Positions 9,687 to 21,127 of a stretch of 64,000 nt of DNA are shown one piece after another (position 1 is the first letter of the stretch; each line of letters opens with the position of its first letter). The stretch spans positions 7,138 to 71,137 of the forward strand of contig SDNY01000003.1 in the NCBI GenBank assembly GCA_004524535.1. Direction: 5' to 3'. The translations under genes and the position numbers were made by a program. Source of the DNA: Promethearchaeota archaeon (lineage in GTDB: Archaea > Asgardarchaeota > Lokiarchaeia > Sigyniarchaeales > SOKP01). The notes under the pieces are model-generated. The model saw only the letters and a program-made list of their open reading frames with translations. It did not search any database and was not told where the DNA came from.

Positions 9687-10547
9687 TTACATGAATCCAA
9701 AAAAATCGGCGGTTGCGGAAGGTCTCTTTAACTCTGCATTAAAATAAGTTTCCGCAATTTCTATTATGAATTGTAAATAATCGCTCGGCAATTTCACTTT
9801 ATATATGGAAAAAAAGTGATCAAAAATCTTTTTTGTGATGAAATCTTGGTTTTCCTCGAGCGAGTCGTTGAACTCAATGATTTGTTCAGCTAACTTATAA
9901 ACTTTTTGAATTTCATTTTTTATAATAATTAGACTTGTATATGGATCAATCTCTGAGTAAAATTTCTGTGCAATAGTACTTTCTATTTTTAATTTTCTCT
10001 GATTAATGAATTTGGTTTTATCTTGAATGATTTTGAGTCCTTCAACTACAATATAATCTTTATATTTTTTTTTGTCGTTTTTATAATCGGCACGCTTAAT
10101 AATCAAGAGTTCCGTATTAAACGTATCTCCAATAATGTATCCAAAAAATTTTTTAAATTGGCCATTAAGGAACTCTTGATCTGAGAGTAATACTATGTTT
10201 TTATTAAAGATAATACAAGAAATAATTTTGATCATTAGCGAGGGAACAATATTAAGCTTGATTATGTCTAAATCTAAATCTTTATCAATTTCTTCGTCTA
10301 TTTTTACTTCTTTAAAACCAATTTCAGGTATTTGAACTTTAAAATCGCATATAAAGCAATCTCTTACATCGAGATTTTTATCAATATACGCAACAAAAGA
10401 ATGTTCGCATACTAAATCTTGCGAAACATTAATGGCTGAGACGCCTCGTTTACTTTCCAAAATAAAATTCTTTTCTACCCAAATCTCACCCTTCTTGGAG
10501 CAGACAGGACATCTGATTTCAACTTTTACTTCTAATTTGGAGGACAT
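9687..10547 (-). CDS. CPxC...CxH Zn-binding domain protein with a possible DENN-like C-terminal domain
   Basis: RCPVCSKK...LVCEHSFVAYIDKNLDVR, followed by IISCIIFNKNIVLLSD, which resembles the cDENN core strand. Confidence 0.55.
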   Translation of the reverse strand: MSSKLEVKVEIRCPVCSKKGEIWVEKNFILESKRGVSAINVSQDLVCEHSFVAYIDKNLDVRDCFICDFKVQIPEIGFKEVKIDEEIDKDLDLDIIKLNIVPSLMIKIISCIIFNKNIVLLSDQEFLNGQFKKFFGYIIGDTFNTELLIIKRADYKNDKKKYKDYIVVEGLKIIQDKTKFINQRKLKIESTIAQKFYSEIDPYTSLIIIKNEIQKVYKLAEQIIEFNDSLEENQDFITKKIFDHFFSIYKVKLPSDYLQFIIEIAETYFNAELKRPSATADFFGFM

Positions 10548-10806
10548 TTTTACAAATTATAATAATTATATCATTAAAAATTGATATGCAATATCTGATT
10601 CTCTTGTTCAATCTTTACTAATTATACAAAAATATACCTATAAATATTCATCACTAAAGACTAATATATAGTTATCTGTCATTGATGATTTATTACTATT
10701 AATATAGAAGTGTAATTTAGGATTTAAATATTAAAGTTTTTGATTAGGAATAGATGTTTCTGGGATGACCACAGCCAGGATATTTCCAATCAGCGGCATT
10801 TTTTTT

Positions 10807-11442
10807 TTAATTCCTGCTTTTTAATCCTTGTCTTCTCTTTTTATCTTTTATGATAAACTCTTTAAATTCTGAATTATCATCATCTATGAATTCCCAAAAT
10901 TCTTCGTATATTTCTTTAAGAGTCATTACCTTTTCCTCATTGGATACAATTTTTTCAGGTTCACTATTCATATGTATATTTTTTACCTTTTTTGGTTTAT
11001 ATTCAAGATAATTTCCTTCAAGAATTAGATTTTCGAAAAGATCATCATTGCTTTTATTGAAATTGTCAATATTAGCCTCCTTATTTTTATTAAGAGCCAA
11101 ATCAAGGTCTACTTTTTGATATCCCCGAACTTTAAATTGTTTATCAATGAAAACTTGAAAATGATGTTTACAAACTAAATCTTTAGGTATAGATACTGTT
11201 GTTAGACCAGTTTGGTTGATAATTGATACTGGAACAGTGATATCCTTTTTAGATTTACAAATAGGGCATATAACATTTACAATCTTAACTTTTTGTGAAG
11301 AAACATCAATTTCACTTAATTCTGAATTTGAAAACGAGTCTTTCAACATAAATAAGTCACTATTCATATTTTTAAAAACAAAGTTAAAAAGTCGTAAATT
11401 ATTGATATCTAATAATTTTAAACTTATTTTTCCTTTATCCAA
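10807..11442 (-). CDS. CPxC...CxH Zn-binding domain protein
   Basis: ICPICKSKK...LVCKHHFQVFIDKQFKVR; same domain as the neighbouring gene. Confidence 0.6.
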   Translation of the reverse strand: MDKGKISLKLLDINNLRLFNFVFKNMNSDLFMLKDSFSNSELSEIDVSSQKVKIVNVICPICKSKKDITVPVSIINQTGLTTVSIPKDLVCKHHFQVFIDKQFKVRGYQKVDLDLALNKNKEANIDNFNKSNDDLFENLILEGNYLEYKPKKVKNIHMNSEPEKIVSNEEKVMTLKEIYEEFWEFIDDDNSEFKEFIIKDKKRRQGLKSRN

Positions 11443-11444
11443 TT

Positions 11445-12767
11445 ATGTCATATTTAGAGAAAACTCTATATTGGTTTTTAAAAAACCGGATATTTGGTGG
11501 AATTAAGAAGTTAACACAAAAGAAATATCTGCCATTTGCTCTAATAATTTTAATCATTATGACAGCTAATACAATTCTTGCGCTATTTTATCACTTTAAA
11601 TTTTTTATTTCTCTGGAATTTGTCCGCTTTATGCTGAATTTAGAATTATTTCTTTCTTTTGGTATAATATCATCTGGAATTCTAATCGGAAGGATTAAAA
11701 AATTATGGATCTACTATACATTTTCATTTATAGTCATTAGTCTCTTTATTTTTGTATTTTTTTATTTCAAATGGGATTATAACCACCTATTTTTTCAATA
11801 TGCAAAACTGATATATCTTCTATCTTGGATACTAATTTTATCAATTAGCATGTTCTTTTTAATATTATATTTTTTCACTTCATTTCCTAAAAAAGTTATG
11901 ACGCTTGGAATGCCAAAAGGTCATATTTTTTTCGGATTTATAGTTAAATTGATCATTTATATCTCCATAGTATTTTACATTTATCTGATTTTTCAAATGG
12001 ATTTGTTTAGTGTGACCTTCGGCATTTTTGGGATAATAAATGCATTGATTGTACTGATAATGATTAGGAGGGCACCCAAGAAAGTTGAGTCAAATCCAGG
12101 AATTGTAAATTTTGCAACCGCAATTGGATTTTTTAACATGTTTATGATTTATCACTTGTATTTTAGTATAACATTGACGAGCGAGTCTTTAGTATCTTTA
12201 ATTTTTGAAATTTTTATGCTCTTAATAGGAGTATTATACATTGTTCAAATTTTAACAATGAGAATTTCAGAATCGCCTGAGCGCCTAATGCCCTTTGAAA
12301 ATCCCGTGAAGTTTCAATCTCGAGTTTATTTTACTGATAAAATTAAAAAAGCTTTTGGAGAAAAAGGAGTGGTTTTGATAATCCTTGGAATTGCCGTTGG
12401 ATATCATATGGTTTATTTAGATTCATTTTTCATAACTGATCTGCCTATTTTAACTAAAATTGCCCCTAACTTGAAGATAAGTGATTTATATCATAGAATT
12501 TTCTTAATCACTTCTTTTATGATAACTCTAATTGCTTGTCTTGTGTTTAAAACATCCAAAAGGTTCAGAGAATTTATGGTTGACAAATTCACACTTACGC
12601 AAGTGCTTAAATATATTGGAAGTTTATTCAAAAGGTCAGAGAATGGGCCATCTCCATTGGAATTAGGGATTCAAGCGATGGGAAAGAAATTAGGGGATGG
12701 TATAAAAAAATTGGGTGATAAATGGCAAAAAATCGTGAATGGTAAAGATGAAATTGAAGATGAGTGA
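11445..12767 (+). CDS. Multi-pass membrane protein of unknown function
   Basis: 440 aa ORF with about 11 hydrophobic segments. Confidence 0.7.
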   Translation: MSYLEKTLYWFLKNRIFGGIKKLTQKKYLPFALIILIIMTANTILALFYHFKFFISLEFVRFMLNLELFLSFGIISSGILIGRIKKLWIYYTFSFIVISLFIFVFFYFKWDYNHLFFQYAKLIYLLSWILILSISMFFLILYFFTSFPKKVMTLGMPKGHIFFGFIVKLIIYISIVFYIYLIFQMDLFSVTFGIFGIINALIVLIMIRRAPKKVESNPGIVNFATAIGFFNMFMIYHLYFSITLTSESLVSLIFEIFMLLIGVLYIVQILTMRISESPERLMPFENPVKFQSRVYFTDKIKKAFGEKGVVLIILGIAVGYHMVYLDSFFITDLPILTKIAPNLKISDLYHRIFLITSFMITLIACLVFKTSKRFREFMVDKFTLTQVLKYIGSLFKRSENGPSPLELGIQAMGKKLGDGIKKLGDKWQKIVNGKDEIEDE

Positions 12768-12790
12768 AGATTAAGTACCAATTTTTTATT

Positions 12791-13411
12791 TTATGCGGAA
12801 TAAATTTCTCGTAATTTTTTATCTTTTTCTATTTTATCTATGAAAAATTTAATTTGTTCATTAACGTTATCAATTTGCGCCTTCCAACCTTTTTCTGTTA
12901 ACAAACTTCGCATATTCAAATATATTCTAATTACTTTTTCGTATGGAGGATCTAGCTTAAAATTTCCTTTCTTAGTCTCAGATTCATATTCTCTTACCAT
13001 TTTATCAGCATACTCCTCCATATCAACAATTTGCTGTTTAAAATCCTTCTCTTTTTCAGACTCCTCTATTTTCCTTGCTCTTTCACTTTCTATTCTTTCT
13101 TTTTCTTCTTTAGCTTGTTTTTCTTCTAAGATTGCCTGTTCTGCTTTTAATTTGCGTTGTTTTTCATCACGAGCTTTTTGTTTCTCTAAAGCTTGATTAT
13201 GATGTATTCGTTCTATTTCCAACTGATCTATTGTTTTTTGGATTGTTTGAATTTGGTCTACCCAATTAATTTCTCTTAGTAATTCTACTGCTTGATTATA
13301 TAATCTTAATGCCTCATCGTATTCCTTTACTTTTGCTAATTCAGTACCTTTTCCCATAAATTCGAAGGCTTGATTTAAAATATCACCTTCGCTATTTTTT
13401 CTATTATCCAT
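12791..13411 (-). CDS. Helical repeat (MIT/TPR-like) and coiled-coil protein
   Basis: Two related units (YDEALRLYNQAVELLREINW..QI and YEKVIRIYLNMRSLLTEKGW..QI) separated by an E/K/Q-rich coiled coil. Confidence 0.6.
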   Translation of the reverse strand: MDNRKNSEGDILNQAFEFMGKGTELAKVKEYDEALRLYNQAVELLREINWVDQIQTIQKTIDQLEIERIHHNQALEKQKARDEKQRKLKAEQAILEEKQAKEEKERIESERARKIEESEKEKDFKQQIVDMEEYADKMVREYESETKKGNFKLDPPYEKVIRIYLNMRSLLTEKGWKAQIDNVNEQIKFFIDKIEKDKKLREIYSA

Positions 13412-13602
13412 AAAACATATCCATTCTTAAATATAAATCAATATTATACCAAATTTACTTCGATGATATTAGCAAACTGCAAATTTTTATACATCAGTAT
13501 TTCGAATAATTATTTGTTAAAAATAAACTTTATAAAAAAAAGTACAAATTAAGAATTTCTTTTTTTAGAATCTTTACCTGGTATCATTCTCTAAATTCAC
13601 TC

Positions 13603-13728
13603 TCATTCACTCTCTCTTAATGGAGGTATGTTATAATCATTGTAAATCTCTGCTTGAATTTGAAAGGCTAATCTTTGTAATTTAATGATTTCATGGGAAT
13701 CTTCTGCAGATATTCTCTTAATTTCCAT
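13603..13728 (-). pseudogene. Truncated GNAT acetyltransferase 5' fragment
   Basis: MEIKRISAEDSHEIIKLQRLAFQIQAEIYNDYNIPPLRESE*. A 10-bp tandem duplication (attcactctc x2) lies at the stop. Confidence 0.6.
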
Positions 13729-13750
13729 TATTATTTAACTCTCTTATTTT

Positions 13751-14053
13751 TTACTTGGGTTTATATCTGCGGATAGTTGCTACACCAGCATGAACTTCTT
13801 CCATTTCTATCTTAATAAAATTCCCGCCTGCAATTGTTAAACTTCCATCAAATACATGTGTCTTATCATATTGCGAAAATCCATCCTCATCAAAAATGTA
13901 TCTAAAAGTGGCGATTTGCTTCCCATCGGGGCATTCTTGTATAGTTCGAATATAGAGATCCTCAATTTCGCAGTGAGGCCTTAGCGGATTTCCCCAACCT
14001 GTTTTGGAATGAATTAATTCTAATAGTTTTTCTTTAATTTGACTTTCATTCAT
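13751..14053 (-). CDS. Hypothetical protein
   Basis: 100 aa ATG-started ORF with no recognised motif. Confidence 0.55.
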   Translation of the reverse strand: MNESQIKEKLLELIHSKTGWGNPLRPHCEIEDLYIRTIQECPDGKQIATFRYIFDEDGFSQYDKTHVFDGSLTIAGGNFIKIEMEEVHAGVATIRRYKPK

Positions 14054-14132
14054 AGCTCATTATAATTTTTGTTGCATTAATTCTACTACTTTTACTTTCC
14101 CAATGTTTTAAATTTAATTAAATTATAAATAA

Positions 14133-15266
14133 TTGTTGATTCTCAACAAAAAAATGCGTGGAAAAATTATTTTAGTGATCCTTATCTTAACAAGTTTAAT
14201 TTCTTTAGTAGTAATAATCTTTTTTTCAAATCAAATAAGAAATTTAGATATTGAATCACAGTTCAATGAAAAAAATGCTTATAATAATATTAAGGATCAA
14301 TTGAATATTGGAGATCGAATACCCGGTACAGAGGAAAGTAATGAAACTGCTTTTTACTTCATACAGAGATTTAAAGAAATTGATCCAAATATTATCTACT
14401 TTATTCATCATTTTAAGGTAGAATCAACAAATTGTAAAAATGTATTATTCAAAATAAATGAAGAAAAAGAAAGTATTATAATTATTGGAGCTCATTACGA
14501 TTCTAGAGCGAAAGCTACTAAAGACAGTGAAAAACCTAAAAAGCCAGTTCCGGGGGCCAATGATGGAGCGAGTGGTTGCGCTGTATTAATCGAATTAGCG
14601 AAAGTTTTATATCAAGAAAAAGATATTCTAAGTTGTCAATTATGGTTTGTGTTTTTTGATGCAGAAGATCAAGGTAAAGACGAAGGGGGGTATGGAATGG
14701 AGGGATGGGACTGGTGTGAAGGCTCAAATGAGTTTGTTGATGATATTGATAATTTTTATGATTCTAGTGATGAAAATTTTGAATGTATGATTTTATTAGA
14801 TATGGTGGGGGGTGATGATCTACAATTTATTAAAGAACAGTATTCTACGTCTTCCTTAATCGATGAATTATTTGAGATTGGAAGGCAACTTGGATACACA
14901 GATGAATTTCCACTCTTCCCACAATACTCTTCTGTTATTGATGATCATGTTGCATTTTTAGAAGAAAATATTCCTTCGGCTGATTTGATTATTAATTTTT
15001 GGGATAATCCAAATTGGCCTTATCATCATACTATTGATGATGATTTAGATCACATATCAAAAAAAAGCCTTAAAGTAACTGGAAGAACAATTGAGCAATT
15101 TATTTATAATAATTACTTAGACAAATCCAGAAAAATATATAATGGAAACAAACCATGGGATATTAATCTGCCTAATGCTGAGATGATTGTTCTTATAGGA
15201 GTTATTTTGGCAGGAATTGGGGGGCTTATTGTATTTATTTATTTTTATCGTAGAAAAGAAAATTAG
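14133..15266 (+). CDS. M28 family metallopeptidase / glutaminyl-cyclase-like, membrane anchored
   Basis: GAHYDSR, PGANDGASG, FFDAED, LLDMVG, DDHVAF, HHTIDD motifs; N- and C-terminal TM helices. Confidence 0.9.
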   Translation: MLILNKKMRGKIILVILILTSLISLVVIIFFSNQIRNLDIESQFNEKNAYNNIKDQLNIGDRIPGTEESNETAFYFIQRFKEIDPNIIYFIHHFKVESTNCKNVLFKINEEKESIIIIGAHYDSRAKATKDSEKPKKPVPGANDGASGCAVLIELAKVLYQEKDILSCQLWFVFFDAEDQGKDEGGYGMEGWDWCEGSNEFVDDIDNFYDSSDENFECMILLDMVGGDDLQFIKEQYSTSSLIDELFEIGRQLGYTDEFPLFPQYSSVIDDHVAFLEENIPSADLIINFWDNPNWPYHHTIDDDLDHISKKSLKVTGRTIEQFIYNNYLDKSRKIYNGNKPWDINLPNAEMIVLIGVILAGIGGLIVFIYFYRRKEN

Positions 15267-15332
15267 ACATCTTTATTACTAAGATTTCTAAAAATTTTCA
15301 ATAAATATGAATTAAGGGAATAATTCAAAAAT

Positions 15333-15965
15333 TTAAATAAATGAAATATCTTCGTACTCGGATTCGGCCAGACTCTTTCTAGCAACGCCCAATTCTCGTA
15401 CTTCGTGATTCAATTTTAAAACCGCTTCTCTTACGACTCCTTTATTCTTTGCTCCAGTACAAACTATTTTTCCTGTAGAAAATATTAAAAAAACTGTTTT
15501 TGGCTCTTGCATGCGATAAATTAAACCTGGGAATACTTCCGGCTCATACATGGCATATTCCATTACAATCGCTGCCATATTTAAATCAATATTAATGTGT
15601 AAATCTCCGCTTGCAACTATATTCTGAATTGTAATTTTTGGATTAGTTACTTCAATTCCAGCTTTTTTAATTTTTTTTACAACTTCTTTTACTCCTGGAC
15701 CTGCCTCATCCGCTCTTCGAAGTCCTGTGACAACCATTTTTCCCGTAGAGAAGATAAGAAATGTTGCTCTAGGTTCTTTAATTCTCATAACGAGCCCTGG
15801 AAACCTTTCAGGATTATATTCTACATCTTCATATTTGCGGGCAATTTGAGTCAGATCTATCTTCTCTCTAATTTCCACTTCAACTGTGCCAACAACGTTT
15901 TCGATCTTATAATCTAATTCTGCTTCAAAATCGTGTTCTTCAATTTTATTGTTTTCTTCTGACAT
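15333..15965 (-). CDS. tbp: TATA-box binding protein
   Basis: Two TBP repeats: IENVV...YNPERFPGL...LIFSTGK and IQNIVAS...YEPEVFPGL...LIFSTGK; acidic tail. Confidence 0.98.
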   Translation of the reverse strand: MSEENNKIEEHDFEAELDYKIENVVGTVEVEIREKIDLTQIARKYEDVEYNPERFPGLVMRIKEPRATFLIFSTGKMVVTGLRRADEAGPGVKEVVKKIKKAGIEVTNPKITIQNIVASGDLHINIDLNMAAIVMEYAMYEPEVFPGLIYRMQEPKTVFLIFSTGKIVCTGAKNKGVVREAVLKLNHEVRELGVARKSLAESEYEDISFI

Positions 15966-16050
15966 AATATGACTCCTAATATGAATGCCTTTTATATCAA
16001 TATTTTGTTTTTAAGGATATTTTATTGAGATAAAAAAGAAATGAGTTATT

Positions 16051-16080
16051 TTATAATTCTAAGAAATTTTTCAAGATGTA
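16051..16080 (-). repeat. trpG/pabA 3'-end relic
   Basis: TAC ATC TTG AAA AAT TTC TTA GAA TTA TAA = YILKNFLEL*; 25 nt identical to the 27081 copy. Confidence 0.8.
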
Positions 16081-16103
16081 TTAGATCTAAGACTAGATTA
16101 ATT

Positions 16104-16220
16104 AATTTCCTCAATATCTGGAGGTATTGAATAATCACTATTAATCTCTGCTTACAATGCTAATTTCTGAGGTTCCAGTATTTTTCCTATATCCTCCTTA
16201 TTTGCATATTCAATTAACAT
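16104..16220 (-). pseudogene. Second GNAT 5' fragment with internal stop
   Basis: MLIEYANKEDIGKILEPQKLAL*AEINSDYSIPPDIEEI; aligns with the 13603-13728 relic. Confidence 0.6.
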
Positions 16221-16233
16221 TTTACTCTCACTT

Positions 16234-16716
16234 TTACTCTTTTTTTTTGGGGCGAATTAAAATAATATGAATTGTCACAGCTATAGCAATGATGATTAGA
16301 ACATATCTAACCCATATAATTTGAATAAAAATAAACGATGTTAAAAGAATTGTTATCCATAACATAGAAATCGTAAAAATTTTGACTTTTATAGGCATTC
16401 CTTTTCCTTCTCTAAAGTTTCTAATATATGAGCCAAGAATCCTATTGTTTAATAACCAATTATAAAATCTTTTAGAACTTCTAGAAAAGCATCCTGCTGC
16501 AAGTAAAAGAAAAGGGGTAGTGGGTAAAATAGGTAAAATTATTCCTATAATTCCTAAACTTAAACAAATGATCCCCCCAGTAAAATATAATCCCCTGACA
16601 TACTTATTGCGTTCTTTCGCATCCTCCTCATTTAAATTTTCAGGCTCGTTATTTTCTAGTTCAGAGTTACTAGATCCTTCTTCTGGGAGATCAGAGTTTT
16701 TCTCGTATTGATCTAT
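16234..16716 (-). CDS. YbaN/DUF454 family membrane protein, probable ATA start, missed by the ORF track
   Basis: Hand translation gives LGIIGIILPILPTTPFLLLAAGCFSRSSKRFYNWLLNNRILGSYIRNF. No in-frame ATG/GTG/TTG precedes the conserved region. AGTGA + 6 nt + ATA at 16716. Confidence 0.85.
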   Translation of the reverse strand: MDQYEKNSDLPEEGSSNSELENNEPENLNEEDAKERNKYVRGLYFTGGIICLSLGIIGIILPILPTTPFLLLAAGCFSRSSKRFYNWLLNNRILGSYIRNFREGKGMPIKVKIFTISMLWITILLTSFIFIQIIWVRYVLIIIAIAVTIHIILIRPKKKE

Positions 16717-16907
16717 AATATTTCACTACTTAAGTGTTCCTAATAAATTGAATTACTTACAATTTATATTTTCTTCCTAGTTAATAAAAAAAAATGTAAT
16801 TTTAAAATGGAATTGTCTACTTTTTTTTTCTATACGCCTGTATTTTTATTTATATCAATATTACCAAGTCTGGGGACGCTGCTGATACCAGGGATCCTAT
16901 TAAGCTA

Positions 16908-19178
<2,271 letters not shown>

Positions 19179-19399
19179 TTAAATTTATAAAGAATCTAAA
19201 TCAGACTAACACTAAGATTCCTAAATAATAACTATTTTTATTTAGTTACAGTTTTTTAAAAAAGATTATGTCTTTATTTTATAAATAAAAAAGAAAAATG
19301 ATTTAACCAGATAATCACTAAAGAATTAGGTCTATAAATATTCACGTTTTAGCAATCTTAAAAAAAGAGTGTATTAAATAATATTCTTATATTTTTGAT

Positions 19400-20182
19400 T
19401 TATAATCTTTTATATCTCTGGCTTGCAATATATGCCGCACCCAACGCACCCACAATTTGAGGATCTAAAGACATTTTTAAAAACCTTTCTCCAAGCATTT
19501 CTTCTAAATAGCGCACTACACCTATATTCTTCGCAACGCCACCAGATATTGCAATATCTTTCTTAACTTTTATACGTTTTGTCATAGAAAATACTCGTTC
19601 CGCCATAGCTTTATTAATTCCAGCAGCAATATTTGCCTTTTTGAAGCCTGAACTAATATATTGTAGCACTTCTGCCTGAGCATATATACTACATGTGCTT
19701 TTTAGATTTATTGGTGCCTTGCTTTTTAAAGAAATTGTACCTAATTCTGTTAACGAGAGATGTAATAAATCTGCCATTATTTCAAGATATCTGCCTGTGC
19801 CCGCTGAACACTTCTCATTCATTCCAAAATCAATCAGCTTTCCAGTACGATCAATTGAGATAACCTTACAATCTTGACCTCCTATATCAATAATAGTACG
19901 AACACTTGGAAGTAAAAAATGTGCCCCAATCCCATGACAAGTAATTTCGGTAACACTCTTATTGGAAAATGGGATATTATCTCTCCCATAGCCTGTGCTA
20001 ACAATAAAATTTACATCCTCCTTATTTATATTTGTTTCGGACAACACTATTTCAAAAACACTTTCAGCTGTCTCTATCGGAGTTTTTTTTACTCGAATTA
20101 CCTTAAATCCTACTATTTCATTATCCTTCAATAATAAAGCTTTTCCAGTTAAGGATCCAATATCTATTCCAGCAAAGACCAT
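19400..20182 (-). CDS. Acyl-CoA dehydratase activase / BCR-type ATPase subunit
   Basis: GIDIGS, STGYGR, IDIGGQD, KCSAGTG, TCSIYAQAE, GGVAKN (ASKHA fold with two Fe-S Cys). Confidence 0.92.
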   Translation of the reverse strand: MVFAGIDIGSLTGKALLLKDNEIVGFKVIRVKKTPIETAESVFEIVLSETNINKEDVNFIVSTGYGRDNIPFSNKSVTEITCHGIGAHFLLPSVRTIIDIGGQDCKVISIDRTGKLIDFGMNEKCSAGTGRYLEIMADLLHLSLTELGTISLKSKAPINLKSTCSIYAQAEVLQYISSGFKKANIAAGINKAMAERVFSMTKRIKVKKDIAISGGVAKNIGVVRYLEEMLGERFLKMSLDPQIVGALGAAYIASQRYKRL

Positions 20183-20249
20183 TTTTATATACCCATATTT
20201 TGTAGTTAAAAAAATATTTTTTCATAACTAAATTGAAAATCCAATTAAT

Positions 20250-21047
20250 TCATCCACCTCTTTCTTTTGCTGCAATTGCTGCTCCATAAGCAGTTATATA
20301 TTCAGGGTCAAGAGGTAATTTTATTAACTCAAAATTCAGTCTCTCTTCGAGGTTTTGAACTATTTTTTGGTTCTTAGCCACACCACCCGTAAAGGCAACA
20401 TTCTTAAACTCCTTATCAATCATCTTGATTAAAGGATAAGCCCTCGCTGCCACAGAATTACATACCCCTGCCACTAAATCAGGCAGATACGCCCCTTCAT
20501 TTTTATATGAAATAACTTCTGACTCCGCAAAAATACTACATTGACTGGATATTGAAATTGGATTTTTCGCTTTTAAAGCTACATCTGCTAGCTCAGAAAC
20601 GTCCAATTCTAATCCTTCGCCTACTAATTCTAATAATATCCCCGATCCAGCGGCACATTTATTATTCATCATAAAATCTACTATTTTTCCATTTTCATCC
20701 ATTTTTAATGCTTTCATGCTAAAGCTACCTATATCCACAGCGACTCTTACCTGAGGATTTAGACTATAAACGCCTTTCCCTATACATGTAATTTCAGATT
20801 CTTTTTCTTTTATGGAAATTTTATCAGAATTCAAACCAGTAGCTAATGCGGTTTTTTTTAATAATTTCAGTTTAATCTTTAACTTTTTAGATAATTCTTT
20901 CAAACATAGATTAATGGCTTTTTCTGGATTACCCAAAACTAATATTTTAGTTTTTCCCAATATTTTCTCTCCATTAGAATCTACTATAACAACTTTACAA
21001 ACTGTAGATCCGACATCTATCCCAACAAAATAGTTTTTATTAACCAA
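20250..21047 (-). CDS. Acyl-CoA dehydratase activase / BCR-type ATPase subunit, second paralog
   Basis: GIDVGST, KCAAGSG, QCSIFAESE, GGVAKN. Confidence 0.92.
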   Translation of the reverse strand: MVNKNYFVGIDVGSTVCKVVIVDSNGEKILGKTKILVLGNPEKAINLCLKELSKKLKIKLKLLKKTALATGLNSDKISIKEKESEITCIGKGVYSLNPQVRVAVDIGSFSMKALKMDENGKIVDFMMNNKCAAGSGILLELVGEGLELDVSELADVALKAKNPISISSQCSIFAESEVISYKNEGAYLPDLVAGVCNSVAARAYPLIKMIDKEFKNVAFTGGVAKNQKIVQNLEERLNFELIKLPLDPEYITAYGAAIAAKERGG

Positions 21048-21127
21048 TTCTTATTTCAGTCAATAGTTTTTAATTGTAATTCTAATCTTAAAAATAAAAT
21101 GAAGTGAAATAAATAATATTTATTAAA

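Noticed and set aside
10745-10800. SECIS element or C/D box sRNA
   Set aside because: The helix after ATGA is too short, no paired C and D boxes are present, and no TGA-interrupted selenoprotein is adjacent.
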